Source: a virus. Taken from it: DNA of 64,000 bases. The stretch is taken from positions 20,493 through 84,492 of IMG/VR virus record IMGVR_UViG_3300042516_003452; one strand, written 5' to 3'. The notes beneath the pieces were generated by a model that searched no databases, was not told the origin of the DNA, and worked only from the letters and a program-made list of their open reading frames with translations. A program made the position numbers and the translations under genes. Shown here piece after piece: positions 27,167-35,707 of the stretch. The number at the start of each line of letters is the position of its first letter. Position 1 is the stretch's first letter.

Positions 27167-27322
27167 ATGCGAGTTACCTACCAAGATCTGCTGCAGTGGT
27201 TCACTGAACAGCAACTAGATGATGCCGTCATCATTGCCCGTTGCACAGCAGATGCATTCCCTCACCTCAACTACGAGCAGCGACTTGTCAAAGTCCTGGT
27301 CGAAATGAAGACCTACGCCTGA
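27167..27322 (+). CDS. Early hypothetical protein (51 aa)
   Basis: Hand translation: MRVTYQDLLQWFTEQQLDDAV... Confidence 0.55.
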   Translation: MRVTYQDLLQWFTEQQLDDAVIIARCTADAFPHLNYEQRLVKVLVEMKTYA

Positions 27323-27331
27323 TCTACTACC

Positions 27332-27580
27332 ATGCTGATCTATCAACCCAAGTGTGACGACCGTACTCGCGTAGCCTGGTACGGAGGAGAGTCTACACAG
27401 CTACACTTCCAACACCGTGGTATCACCGAGAGGTGGATCGACATCGAGACACGTACTCTCATGGGTGATATCCCAGGTGGTGTGAAGGAACTGCTTGCAG
27501 AAATGCAAGACTTTTACAACTACTGCTACGGCGAGACTTCCATCCTCGACCAAGATAACCTCATCGGCACGATCTTCTGA
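27332..27580 (+). CDS. Early hypothetical protein
   Basis: 82 aa ORF. Confidence 0.6.
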   Translation: MLIYQPKCDDRTRVAWYGGESTQLHFQHRGITERWIDIETRTLMGDIPGGVKELLAEMQDFYNYCYGETSILDQDNLIGTIF

Positions 27581-27609
27581 CTCCTGCTCTAAGGGCCTTC
27601 GGGCCTTTA

Positions 27610-27630
27610 CTGCAGGACTCAACATCCTGC
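27610..27630 (+). repeat. 21-nt hairpin repeat (second copy at 28441-28461)
   Basis: CTGCAGGACTCAACATCCTGC exact in both; stem GCAGGA/TCCTGC. Confidence 0.75.
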
Positions 27631-27655
27631 CGTCCACTCAACTCAGCTCAACACA

Positions 27656-27871
27656 ATGACAGCTCTTAACTTCCGCAAGAACGTGCGTGAGTTTATGCCT
27701 TGGGCCATCAGTGCTAGCCAGACTACCGCTCGTGTAGTCACCAAGGCAGTCACTGATACTGCAACCAAGGCCAAGGCTACTGAGAAGCTACATGACATCC
27801 GTTGTCGTGCAGCAGCACTCATCATGCCAAACGACATGGCATTCATCATCACTCCTAAGAACAACATCTGA
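27656..27871 (+). CDS. Early hypothetical protein
   Basis: 71 aa after ACTCAACTCA leader. Confidence 0.6.
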   Translation: MTALNFRKNVREFMPWAISASQTTARVVTKAVTDTATKAKATEKLHDIRCRAAALIMPNDMAFIITPKNNI

Positions 27872-27874
27872 CTC

Positions 27875-28084
27875 ATGACTAAGAACCACATGGTTGACTC
27901 TGTGCTTGCCCTCACCATGGGCACTGGCATCGGCTTGTTACTTTCTGTCTTTGGACAGAAGCTACTCAACAAGCATTACGTTGCCAACTGCCACAAGCAA
28001 CCACACCATAACCTCGTGTATGTCGATGGTTTCCTCGGCGACACGTACTACTGCATCAAGAATGCAGACTTTAAGCAGAACTGA
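27875..28084 (+). CDS. Early membrane-anchored protein
   Basis: 69 aa with N-terminal TM helix. Confidence 0.6.
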   Translation: MTKNHMVDSVLALTMGTGIGLLLSVFGQKLLNKHYVANCHKQPHHNLVYVDGFLGDTYYCIKNADFKQN

Positions 28085-28093
28085 AGCCTGCAC

Positions 28094-28399
28094 TTAACCC
28101 TTCCGTACGATCCGCTCTTGACAGAAGCTTGGTTTCCATCGGACTATCAAGCTTCTTTCTGAATCGTATGCATCCCATCCTTCTATCCAGGAAATCTTAG
28201 TGGTGGTGTAATCAACATCACCACGTTGAAAGCCTGGATGTTTAGATGGGTTACGCAATCGATTCCACAGTATTTTGCTTCGACCAATGTACAAGACATT
28301 GTCATTGGCATCAATCAATGCATAGCATCCAGGTTTGGCTGGTATATTTCTGGCGTCTTGCCAGCACACCCACTGCCATTTCCTCGGATCTAGTTCCAT
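28094..28399 (-). CDS. GIY-YIG nuclease
   Basis: PGCYALID...VLYIGRSKILWNRL; antisense to the surrounding early genes. Confidence 0.8.
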   Translation of the reverse strand: MELDPRKWQWVCWQDARNIPAKPGCYALIDANDNVLYIGRSKILWNRLRNPSKHPGFQRGDVDYTTTKISWIEGWDAYDSERSLIVRWKPSFCQERIVRKG

Positions 28400-28489
28400 T
28401 GATCTAGCTTAATACGTTCGCGTATCGTGCGGTGGGTTTTCTGCAGGACTCAACATCCTGCACTCAGTTCACTCAACATCTCAACTCAG

Positions 28490-28684
28490 ATGAAACGTCT
28501 TTACTCCATGGGTAAGAACAGGTACATCACCTTGGATACTTACCACACACACCATGAGTCACTGCGTAGCAAATTGCTACAAGCAATCTTTATCGCCATC
28601 ATTGCATCCATCACTGGTTCTGCAATGGTCGGCGTAGACCTCATTCAACTTCCATCCACTAACAACAATGTATTCACTCGCTGA
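28490..28684 (+). CDS. Early membrane protein
   Basis: MKRLYSMGK..., one TM segment. Confidence 0.55.
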   Translation: MKRLYSMGKNRYITLDTYHTHHESLRSKLLQAIFIAIIASITGSAMVGVDLIQLPSTNNNVFTR

Positions 28685-29018
28685 ACACACCCAAGTTCTA
28701 GAAGCACGTATCAATCGCTTGATCGATAAGCTTCTGGAACACTACCACAAACAGTACGGAGATGGTTGCATCGAATTCAACATTGTGCGTGGCACCAAGT
28801 ATTACAAGATCATCCAGCGCAACGTCATACGTAACAACCTTGGCAGTTACGAAGGCAGCGTCCACGCCTTTATCCATCGTCAATCAGGTGCTGTTTACAA
28901 GCCCGCTTCATGGAAGGCACCAGCCAAACATGTGCGGTACAACCTGTTAGACGATGTGTCTTATGAGACCTGCCTCCTGAAAGCCGACTGGGCTGGATCG
29001 TATTTGTACATGAAGTAA
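28668..29018 (+). CDS. Conserved phage early protein
   Basis: KYYKI...SVHAFI...GAVYKPASWKAPAKHVRYNL motif recalled from other phages. Confidence 0.7.
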   Translation: MYSLAEHTQVLEARINRLIDKLLEHYHKQYGDGCIEFNIVRGTKYYKIIQRNVIRNNLGSYEGSVHAFIHRQSGAVYKPASWKAPAKHVRYNLLDDVSYETCLLKADWAGSYLYMK

Positions 29019-29132
29019 CTACACACTACCTCTGGTGTCCTCACTGCCTGAACCACTACGGCTGGTACTTGCATCCTTGTTTGTACCAGCTATTCTCCAT
29101 CTGCATCCAACGCATTCAACGCAACACGATCC

Positions 29133-29570
29133 ATGGAAGCGCTCAGCCAGCTCGACGTTCACAACCCTGATCACATCAGTGTCATCACTCGCGATGGAAA
29201 GATTACCGTCTCGGTTACCAAGGACGGAGCATCCGTGACCCTTGGCTTTCCTATCCGCAATACATTTGACACTACCCCCCGATTCCCCCTGCAACAACAG
29301 CCAGCACCACAGGTAACGGCTGTTAAGGAGATCCAGGAGACACCTAAAGTTCTCAAGAAGAAGAAGACAAGGGTTAGTCCTGTAGGTAACTGCAAGCTAA
29401 CCCCTGAGAAAGTCAGGAACATTAAGCAAGGTCTTGTTGATCCAGGCGTTGCTAAAGGTTTTGACAGCCGTCAGAAACTTTACGAATGGTTTGCTGACAT
29501 TTATAAGGTGAGCTACCACACCATCTCCAACATTGACAAAGGTCTGGCCTGGAGAGGCGTAAAGATCTAA
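29133..29570 (+). CDS. Protein with C-terminal HTH
   Basis: KLTPEKVRNIK...FADIYKVSYHTISNIDKGLAW. Confidence 0.6.
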   Translation: MEALSQLDVHNPDHISVITRDGKITVSVTKDGASVTLGFPIRNTFDTTPRFPLQQQPAPQVTAVKEIQETPKVLKKKKTRVSPVGNCKLTPEKVRNIKQGLVDPGVAKGFDSRQKLYEWFADIYKVSYHTISNIDKGLAWRGVKI

Positions 29571-29601
29571 CTACCGCCGCTAGTACATCAGTACTACGAC
29601 T

Positions 29602-29629
29602 GGACCTGGACATGTCCTTAAACTGTCCA
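29602..29629 (+). ncRNA. H-type pseudoknot, copy 1
   Basis: GGAC-CTGGACAT-GTCC-TTAAAC-TGTCCA. Confidence 0.75.
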
Positions 29630-29651
29630 TTCCTTTTACTCAGTTCAAACC

Positions 29652-29789
29652 ATGACTCAACTCGATCCCAACTACAACGCTGACTTGCTTGATGCCATGG
29701 CCGACATGGCATACGAACAAGAGCAAGCCATGCGTGAAGAATATGAACTCAACCCACCTGAACAGGAGACTTATGATGACCAAGCATGA
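29652..29789 (+). CDS. Small acidic protein (45 aa)
   Basis: Hand translation: MTQLDPNYNADLLDAMADMAYEQEQAMREEYELNPPEQETYDDQA. Confidence 0.6.
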   Translation: MTQLDPNYNADLLDAMADMAYEQEQAMREEYELNPPEQETYDDQA

Positions 29790-29864
29790 ACACGACGATG
29801 ACATCATCTTGCATGTCATCGTTATCATTTCAATCTTCATTCAAATCATTCTGGAGGCACTCCA

Positions 29865-30233
29865 ATGTCTTACATCTCAGAACTCAAGAAGTTCTACCCC
29901 AAAACTTACAAGGTCCGTTACGCAGTCAACGCCTACAACACTCACAAGTACTTCGAACACGAAGACCCAACGGTCATCACCGTCCACCAAACAACGCTCA
30001 ACTACGGCGGTCCAGAGGAAGGTGGATGGTGGTACCAGCAAGGCAACCCAGTCCTCAGCCACTGCATCTTCTCCAAGAAGCAGGCGATCCAAACCTACGT
30101 CAAGTACTTCGAAGAGTACGAGATCGAAGGTCAGCCCAGTCTTGGAGACACCACAACAAGCTCAAACATTGAGCTAAGTTTCTCCAACGGATACGCTCAA
30201 GTGTATCCTCAGATTCGTCCACACTATTGCTAA
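29865..30233 (+). CDS. Hypothetical protein
   Basis: 122 aa, GGAGG SD, YGGPEEGGWWY motif. Confidence 0.7.
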   Translation: MSYISELKKFYPKTYKVRYAVNAYNTHKYFEHEDPTVITVHQTTLNYGGPEEGGWWYQQGNPVLSHCIFSKKQAIQTYVKYFEEYEIEGQPSLGDTTTSSNIELSFSNGYAQVYPQIRPHYC

Positions 30234-30236
30234 GTC

Positions 30237-30479
30237 ATGCAAGCAACTGCTGTACCAAACCTCAGCATTAATCAACGCAACATCTACATGTATTTCCTGA
30301 ACCACAGGAAGAAGTACGGCAAGACTCCTTGCTTCGTACCAAAGTGTACAACTCAAGTATCAAGGCTTGATCAATATCTCAACGCCTTAACGAAACTTGA
30401 GCAGTACGGATTACTACGCGTTGAACGGTGCAGTGATAACTACACCGGCTGGATCATGACTGAACCTAGACAACACTAG
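30237..30479 (+). CDS. Winged-helix-like hypothetical protein
   Basis: LSINQRNIY...YLNALTKLEQYGLLRVER. Confidence 0.55.
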   Translation: MQATAVPNLSINQRNIYMYFLNHRKKYGKTPCFVPKCTTQVSRLDQYLNALTKLEQYGLLRVERCSDNYTGWIMTEPRQH

Positions 30480-30496
30480 CGTTATACGCACATAAG

Positions 30497-30537
30497 CCTG
30501 GGCATCACCGACGTAAGTACGGTGTGTAAGTCCCAGG
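30497..30537 (+). ncRNA. GG-CA/GUAAGU-CC internal-loop hairpin, copy 3
   Basis: CCTGGG-CA-T-CACCG-ACGTAAGTA-CGGTG-T-GTAAGT-CCCAGG. Confidence 0.7.
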
Positions 30538-30557
30538 ATTCACCTCAACCTAAACCA

Positions 30558-30833
30558 ATGACCTATCCCGAAGTCAACTGGAAGAAGAACGAGTATCACC
30601 AACTGCAAGAGGTGGTGAACCTCCTCAAAGCAATCCAAGAACGTGAGAGCAAGCGCCATCAAATGGACGAGCATCTCACTCCACATACCGCAGATGTGGT
30701 ACTGGAAGTCATAGGCATGCTCGAAGATGAGATCGACTATGACCCAAGTCCTTCCGAAGGGGGCGAACCGCCTATCACACTGGATGAAATGCATACTGCT
30801 GCATGGAAAGAACATCAAGCCATGCATAGCTAA
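30558..30833 (+). CDS. Hypothetical protein
   Basis: MTYPEVNW..., 91 aa. Confidence 0.6.
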   Translation: MTYPEVNWKKNEYHQLQEVVNLLKAIQERESKRHQMDEHLTPHTADVVLEVIGMLEDEIDYDPSPSEGGEPPITLDEMHTAAWKEHQAMHS

Positions 30834-30973
30834 CCCCCCTGCACCCCCCGAAGGGAGTACCAGGAGCTAACCTTCTATTAGATAAGACATACTTATCTGT
30901 TGCTCTCTGTTACTTCCCTTCCTTACCCCTTGACTACCCTGGTAGACTCAACACACTTACTCAACTCATCTCA

Positions 30974-31180
30974 ATGAAAGACAACACTCCTCGCATACCA
31001 GACTCACTGGATATGCAAAGACTTCAAGCCATGCAACTTGTTGCTCGCATGAAGGAAACATCAGATCGTCTCGGCATCGGATTCATCGGGGGCTTTATTG
31101 CCCCCAATGGAGAGAAATTCGTCATGTCCAATATGGACGATGAAGACTACAACGCACTCATGCCGGAGGATCTGAAATGA
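30974..31180 (+). CDS. Hypothetical protein
   Basis: 68 aa after ACTCAACTCA leader. Confidence 0.6.
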   Translation: MKDNTPRIPDSLDMQRLQAMQLVARMKETSDRLGIGFIGGFIAPNGEKFVMSNMDDEDYNALMPEDLK

Positions 31181-31244
31181 ATACCTTATTCATCGCAGTA
31201 CTTTCTGTGATGATTATTTGTGGAACAATCATGATTTTAGAGAA

Positions 31245-31442
31245 ATGACCAAGCGTTTGCCCATCAGCTTTGATCGCACCATCCATGGTGTGAACATCAC
31301 CGAACACGGTGTCAAATCTTATAGCAAAGCAGTGAAGCTTGGTCCTTTCCAAGTAACACTCAATGCTAGTCCGAATGGTGTCAAGGGATCAATCAGTATC
31401 CCTGGCACAGGACTTAGCATTCCAAACATTAAGATAATCTGA
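31245..31442 (+). CDS. DUF4236-like protein
   Basis: KAVKLGPFQVTLNASPNGVKGSISIPGTGLS. Confidence 0.55.
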   Translation: MTKRLPISFDRTIHGVNITEHGVKSYSKAVKLGPFQVTLNASPNGVKGSISIPGTGLSIPNIKII

Positions 31443-31448
31443 AGAATT

Positions 31449-31625
31449 ATGACCTATCAAGAACTTTTATCTCAACTTGAAGTAATGAGTCAAGAACAAT
31501 TAAACATGGATGTAACTGTTTATGTCTGTGATACTGAAGAATATTATGCAATCCAAGATGAAATTGTTTTTGCCACAGAAGAATGTGGCGTACTTGATAT
31601 AGATCATCCCATATTGTATTTGTAA
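31449..31625 (+). CDS. Small acidic protein (58 aa)
   Basis: Hand translation: MTYQELLSQLEVMSQEQLNMDVTVY...LDIDHPILYL; more AT-rich than neighbours. Confidence 0.6.
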   Translation: MTYQELLSQLEVMSQEQLNMDVTVYVCDTEEYYAIQDEIVFATEECGVLDIDHPILYL

Positions 31626-31630
31626 GTAAC

Positions 31631-31656
31631 TGGGCATCCTTACGGTGTAAGTCCCA
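31631..31656 (+). ncRNA. GG-CA/GUAAGU-CC internal-loop hairpin, copy 4
   Basis: TGGG-CA-T-CC-TTAC-GG-T-GTAAGT-CCCA. Confidence 0.65.
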
Positions 31657-31684
31657 AACCTTGTCCACTTACTCAATTCAACTT

Positions 31685-31873
31685 ATGTCTGCTTACACTG
31701 AAGACCTTACCATGTTTGATCGAATTAATCTGGCTGCCTGCGCACAGCGCAGAGCAACAGATAATCTATTTGATTCAAATCGTTGGAATGGCGAGTACGA
31801 CACAGCACGTTTGTGGATGAAGTATCGCCTCATCAAGACCACCACTTATTCGTACATTGACGAAGACTCATGA
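31685..31873 (+). CDS. Hypothetical protein
   Basis: MSAYTEDLTMFDRI... Confidence 0.55.
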   Translation: MSAYTEDLTMFDRINLAACAQRRATDNLFDSNRWNGEYDTARLWMKYRLIKTTTYSYIDEDS

Positions 31874-32127
31874 CTGTCCTTGCAATCGAAGACACCCTAT
31901 TCACTGACACCCATGTCACTGTTACAGCAGTTGTTGACGAAATGCGGTTGCTTTATCACGCAACTCATCTCGACCCTGAAGAGTGGGCTCCTGCATTGTG
32001 TACAACAACTGTTGAACTGGATCCAGAGGAACCAATCCCTCTTGATGAAGATGGCTTCTGTGCCTATCTTGATCAGCTCGATCCTCAATGGGAACTGGTC
32101 GAACGCGATGACTTCGATCTAGATTGA
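31870..32127 (+). CDS. Acidic hypothetical protein
   Basis: 85 aa, ATGA coupling. Confidence 0.6.
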   Translation: MTVLAIEDTLFTDTHVTVTAVVDEMRLLYHATHLDPEEWAPALCTTTVELDPEEPIPLDEDGFCAYLDQLDPQWELVERDDFDLD

Positions 32128-32148
32128 TCGACTAATCATCTGACCAAT

Positions 32149-32176
32149 CGTCCTGGGCATGACGTTAAACTGCCCA
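32149..32176 (+). ncRNA. H-type pseudoknot, copy 2
   Basis: CGTC-CTGGGCAT-GACG-TTAAAC-TGCCCA. Confidence 0.75.
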
Positions 32177-32197
32177 TCCTTTTACCCATTCAAATCA

Positions 32198-33922
32198 ATG
32201 CAATTCCAACTCCCCTCCAACCTGCAAACCGAACTCCTTGCTTATGACCCAACACTGAAGGTGTTGGCTAAGCAGACTAGGACCGCATCAACCAAGAAGG
32301 CTAAGTATCCCCTCGGTAACATTCCGCACCTTATCCCACATAACGTGGTGCGCGAATCAGATCAGCAAGCTGCGATTGATGATATCAACCAGCAGAAAGC
32401 ACCTGATCGTTACAGAGTATTTACCACGCCTGTGGACGTAGCAACTCCACAGGCCAGACTCAAAGTCATTGCCATCTTGTATCACTACGAACAAGTATGG
32501 TACGCAGCATGGCTACCTCCCAAGCAGCAAGCTGATGAGTATGTGTATGGCTATGCCTACGCATTCAAGAACACAGCGGCTGCTGCTAAGACTGCACCCC
32601 ATCACATCTGGACCAGCAAAGACAAGTGCATCGAGCACGAAGGTGCTCGTGGCGTGCAGACCTTTACTTATTCAATGAACATCACCGAGGGTGATGTTCA
32701 ATCAAGTGAAGGTAGTGGCTGGCGTGCCTACCAATGGCAAGCCTTTAATCTTCACTGCCAGAAAGGACGCGAGATTATTGAGCATTGCGTCCGTCCATAC
32801 GAAGCAAGCCTACGGGAAAATATGCCCACATGGTCTGATTCCCGTGGATTGTTTGATCGTATCCGCTGCAAGAACGTCTTTGATGCTGCTGACATTCCTC
32901 CAAAAATGGCCGAGCTTCTTGATCTAGAGCAAGGTCTAACTGTTGATAACTTACTCAATGCAGCAATTGAATTCAACAAGAACCCTAACTTTCCATCATC
33001 AACGTTTTGTGTACTGGAAAGAATCAGTCACATCATTTCCAAGCCAGCAATCAAGAAGCTGCTGCAGGCAGAGCTTGATCGCTGCACACTTGCATACAAC
33101 AACCCTAATAACACTGAGCGCAAGCCAATTACTCAAGGCTTTAGAACCTTTGTCCACGTCATTGATTCCATTGACTGGATCAACAGGCTATGGCCTGACT
33201 GCCCACTTGATTACTACCAAACCTATTACAAAGAACTTCGTTACATCAGACTGAGTCAAGTGCGTACAAGCAGCATTAGCTCCAACTCAAATGCATTTGT
33301 TAGTTGGTTGCGTGAACACATGCCTGTTGCATCGATGTTCACAATGCTGCGCAAACAGCTCGAACAACAAACCTTGACTGGTCGAGATGCGGAGGTTGGC
33401 TATGCACGCTTTAGTTTCTTTGAACTAAATGACACATTTTCCATGGCAATCCGTATCCTTGACCATGGCAAAGAACTTGCACCACCCAAGCGTTGGCGCA
33501 TTGATGACTTCCATGACTATGTGCAAGCTGAATCCTGGAAGATCCAGAACCCTAACGAATCGTTGCGTCAAGATCTATTCCCTGAACCCATCAGGGTTAC
33601 ACGCAATGGTGAGACCTGGTCATTTTTCCAGCCTGTTGACACACATCAACTAGCTATGTGGGGCCAGGCCGTACGCAATTGCGTCGGCTCTGCATCACAC
33701 TATGCTGATGACATCAAGAAGCGTAAGCACTTCATCGTGCTGTGCATGATTGATGGTAAGCCCACATTCACCATCCAGTTGGTGGTTGACATGGGCCTGA
33801 TGTCCGTCAAGCAAATCTCTGGTGTCGCTAACCAGCGGCTCACTGAAGACCAACGTGAGGCTTACACAGAAGCCTTCCGTGAGGTCTTGCAACAACGGGA
33901 GAAGCAGCTACAATCTGCCTGA
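32198..33922 (+). CDS. PcfJ-domain protein
   Basis: C-terminal QLAMWGQAVRNCVGS...KQISGVAN motif; start MQFQLP at 32198. Confidence 0.7.
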   Translation: MQFQLPSNLQTELLAYDPTLKVLAKQTRTASTKKAKYPLGNIPHLIPHNVVRESDQQAAIDDINQQKAPDRYRVFTTPVDVATPQARLKVIAILYHYEQVWYAAWLPPKQQADEYVYGYAYAFKNTAAAAKTAPHHIWTSKDKCIEHEGARGVQTFTYSMNITEGDVQSSEGSGWRAYQWQAFNLHCQKGREIIEHCVRPYEASLRENMPTWSDSRGLFDRIRCKNVFDAADIPPKMAELLDLEQGLTVDNLLNAAIEFNKNPNFPSSTFCVLERISHIISKPAIKKLLQAELDRCTLAYNNPNNTERKPITQGFRTFVHVIDSIDWINRLWPDCPLDYYQTYYKELRYIRLSQVRTSSISSNSNAFVSWLREHMPVASMFTMLRKQLEQQTLTGRDAEVGYARFSFFELNDTFSMAIRILDHGKELAPPKRWRIDDFHDYVQAESWKIQNPNESLRQDLFPEPIRVTRNGETWSFFQPVDTHQLAMWGQAVRNCVGSASHYADDIKKRKHFIVLCMIDGKPTFTIQLVVDMGLMSVKQISGVANQRLTEDQREAYTEAFREVLQQREKQLQSA

Positions 33923-33972
33923 GCCCGCACGGTTTACCAGCCTTAGCCTCGATACTAGGGCTGGTTTCAACT

Positions 33973-34200
33973 ATGACCGACTACACCGATGATCAGCTAC
34001 TCGCTATGGCTATGGCCAACATTGGTGAGTACATCACTGACAACTCACCGCAGTACATCCTGATTGACGAAGATCCTCGCAATGAGGATGACTACGACAC
34101 ATGGGACTATGGCACTGAGCCATTACCCCAAGATCACACTTGGCACTCCACATCAATTGATGTAGAGGTAAGTCCAAGTGACGCAGACGTGACGGAATAG
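33973..34200 (+). CDS. Acidic hypothetical protein (stop lies inside tRNA-Leu)
   Basis: 75 aa, D/E-rich. Confidence 0.5.
   Translation: MTDYTDDQLLAMAMANIGEYITDNSPQYILIDEDPRNEDDYDTWDYGTEPLPQDHTWHSTSIDVEVSPSDADVTE
34137..34180 (+). ncRNA. GG-CA/GUAAGU-CC internal-loop hairpin, copy 5
   Basis: CACTTGG-CA-CTC-C-ACATC-AATT-GATGT-A-GAG-GTAAGT-CCAAGTG, ending 2 nt before tRNA-Leu. Confidence 0.7.
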
Positions 34201-34268
34201 GTATACGTAACGCACTTAAAATGCGTCGGCCATTGGCCTTGCGGGTTCGACTCCCGCCGTCTGCACCA
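34183..34268 (+). tRNA. tRNA-Leu (anticodon TAA)
   Basis: Acceptor GCAGACG/CGTCTGC-A-CCA, anticodon arm ACGCA-CTTAAAA-TGCGT, long variable arm, GGTTCGACTCC T-arm. Confidence 0.95.
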
Positions 34269-34291
34269 ATCCACTTACTCAACTCAAGACC

Positions 34292-34654
34292 ATGCAATTC
34301 TTTGCTGCTTTCAAGTCCCTCATCCCTGAGTTCCATGCTTATTCAGATGAGGACAACCGCTACAACCTTGGTGCCACCTGGACTGCAGCCGATGGCCTGA
34401 AGGACTATCACAACCTGGAGCTACGGTACATCCGTAACTCTGAGCGTCTTGCTCTCCAGGGTGAGCCCTGTCCTGATGGCAGCTGGCGCTACGTCGAGCC
34501 CAGTGGTGCAGTCCATACCATCAGCCCTGAACGTGCTAAGCACTTCATGGAGCAGACACAAGCTCATGCCACACTCATGGTTGGCATGCTTGATAAGTTA
34601 CGAGATGCTGGCATCCTCGATCAGATGGTAGACACCACGGCAGAACCTGCCTAA
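34292..34654 (+). CDS. Hypothetical protein
   Basis: 120 aa after ACTCAACTCA leader. Confidence 0.65.
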   Translation: MQFFAAFKSLIPEFHAYSDEDNRYNLGATWTAADGLKDYHNLELRYIRNSERLALQGEPCPDGSWRYVEPSGAVHTISPERAKHFMEQTQAHATLMVGMLDKLRDAGILDQMVDTTAEPA

Positions 34655-34672
34655 GATCACTGCGGAATGTTC

Positions 34673-34701
34673 GGCCCCTGCGCAAGCGGGGGTCTTTTCT
34701 T
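34673..34701 (+). terminator. Intrinsic terminator
   Basis: GGCCCCTGC-GCAA-GCGGGGGTC-TTTTCTT. Confidence 0.75.
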
Positions 34702-34702
34702 C

Positions 34703-35032
34703 ATGATCACTCCAGCTCAGTCAGAGATAGTTACAGATGTAACTGAACTCATTGCAGATTGTATCCCTGATTCCGAATGGGATCGGGTACGCAATGCAAT
34801 CGTCGAACGCATTGTCGACAACATGCCATCACAAGTTTTGCTGCAGTTAACTGACAGCATCGATAACTTTGATCTGGCTGAACTAATCCTCATTACCCAC
34901 TACAAGGAAGCACCAAATCTTGAGTTGATTGTTGACGCATTCAAACTCATTGGTGCTGAACAAACTGCTGACCTCCTCGACTCACTCAACATTCAACAAG
35001 AGAATGGCATTCCAGAAGGCGATCCTTCCTGA
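34703..35032 (+). CDS. Hypothetical protein
   Basis: MITPAQSEIV..., acidic and helical. Confidence 0.6.
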   Translation: MITPAQSEIVTDVTELIADCIPDSEWDRVRNAIVERIVDNMPSQVLLQLTDSIDNFDLAELILITHYKEAPNLELIVDAFKLIGAEQTADLLDSLNIQQENGIPEGDPS

Positions 35033-35408
35033 CTGTCCTCAATGCAATCAACCTGGACTCAGAGTTATTGAATCCAGGAAGACAGCGATGTCTACCAGAC
35101 GACGCAAGAAGTGTGAATGCTGTGGCTACAGGTTTACAACTCATGAAGTTACAGCAGACTTCTTTGAAGAAGCCAAGCACAACCTCTATCTTGTTGAACA
35201 ACTCCACAAACTTATGAAGGGAACACCACTCACATCCGGGGTGGAACCACCCCCATCTGGGGTGAGTGCATCTGAATTCAAAGCACTCAACAAATGCAGT
35301 GACTGCCATCACAACATTGATGGTTGTCATTGCGCCTTTGACTTTCCTGAGTACGACACTGCTGAGTCGTACGACTGCAATCACTTTCAACTCTGGAAAT
35401 CCAAATGA
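35004..35408 (+). CDS. NrdR-like zinc-ribbon protein without ATP-cone
   Basis: CPQC...RVIESR...RRRKKCECCGYRFTTHE. Confidence 0.65.
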   Translation: MAFQKAILPDCPQCNQPGLRVIESRKTAMSTRRRKKCECCGYRFTTHEVTADFFEEAKHNLYLVEQLHKLMKGTPLTSGVEPPPSGVSASEFKALNKCSDCHHNIDGCHCAFDFPEYDTAESYDCNHFQLWKSK

Positions 35409-35707
35409 CTACCAAGCGTCAATACGATTACATCATTGGTGATCGCGTAGCAGAGCGCCCTAAATCCCATGGCATTTTTGCTGTACGCAATGAAACCAAA
35501 GATCGTATTCAGCAGTACAGGTCCCAACGCTACGGCACTGTTGTTGGTATCAACCTGAAACCAAACAAGTCAGGTGCCAAGCAGAAGTTCCTACTAATCA
35601 GGTGGGATCATCTGCAGACTCCCACGGAACATGCACAGATGAGGATCTGTCCTGCTGATCAGCTTCAGCGTTTACAATCTGAGGGTTATGGATTCGAAGT
35701 CGAATGA
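35405..35707 (+). CDS. Hypothetical protein (SH3/KOW-like)
   Basis: IGDRVAE...YGTVVG...LIRWD. Confidence 0.55.
   Translation: MTTKRQYDYIIGDRVAERPKSHGIFAVRNETKDRIQQYRSQRYGTVVGINLKPNKSGAKQKFLLIRWDHLQTPTEHAQMRICPADQLQRLQSEGYGFEVE

Noticed and set aside
29689-30177. Long alternative-frame ORFs overlapping 29865-30233 and other early genes
   Set aside because: The C/A-rich coding strand makes stop codons rare, and the translations are S/T-rich with no motifs. Only the short hydrophobic segment from about 29773 may be real.
32159-32197. ORF-track N-termini MTLNC... at 32159 and 42403 as a shared peptide motif
   Set aside because: They are translations of the pseudoknot sequence. The likely starts are 21 nt downstream of the element (32198 and 42442).
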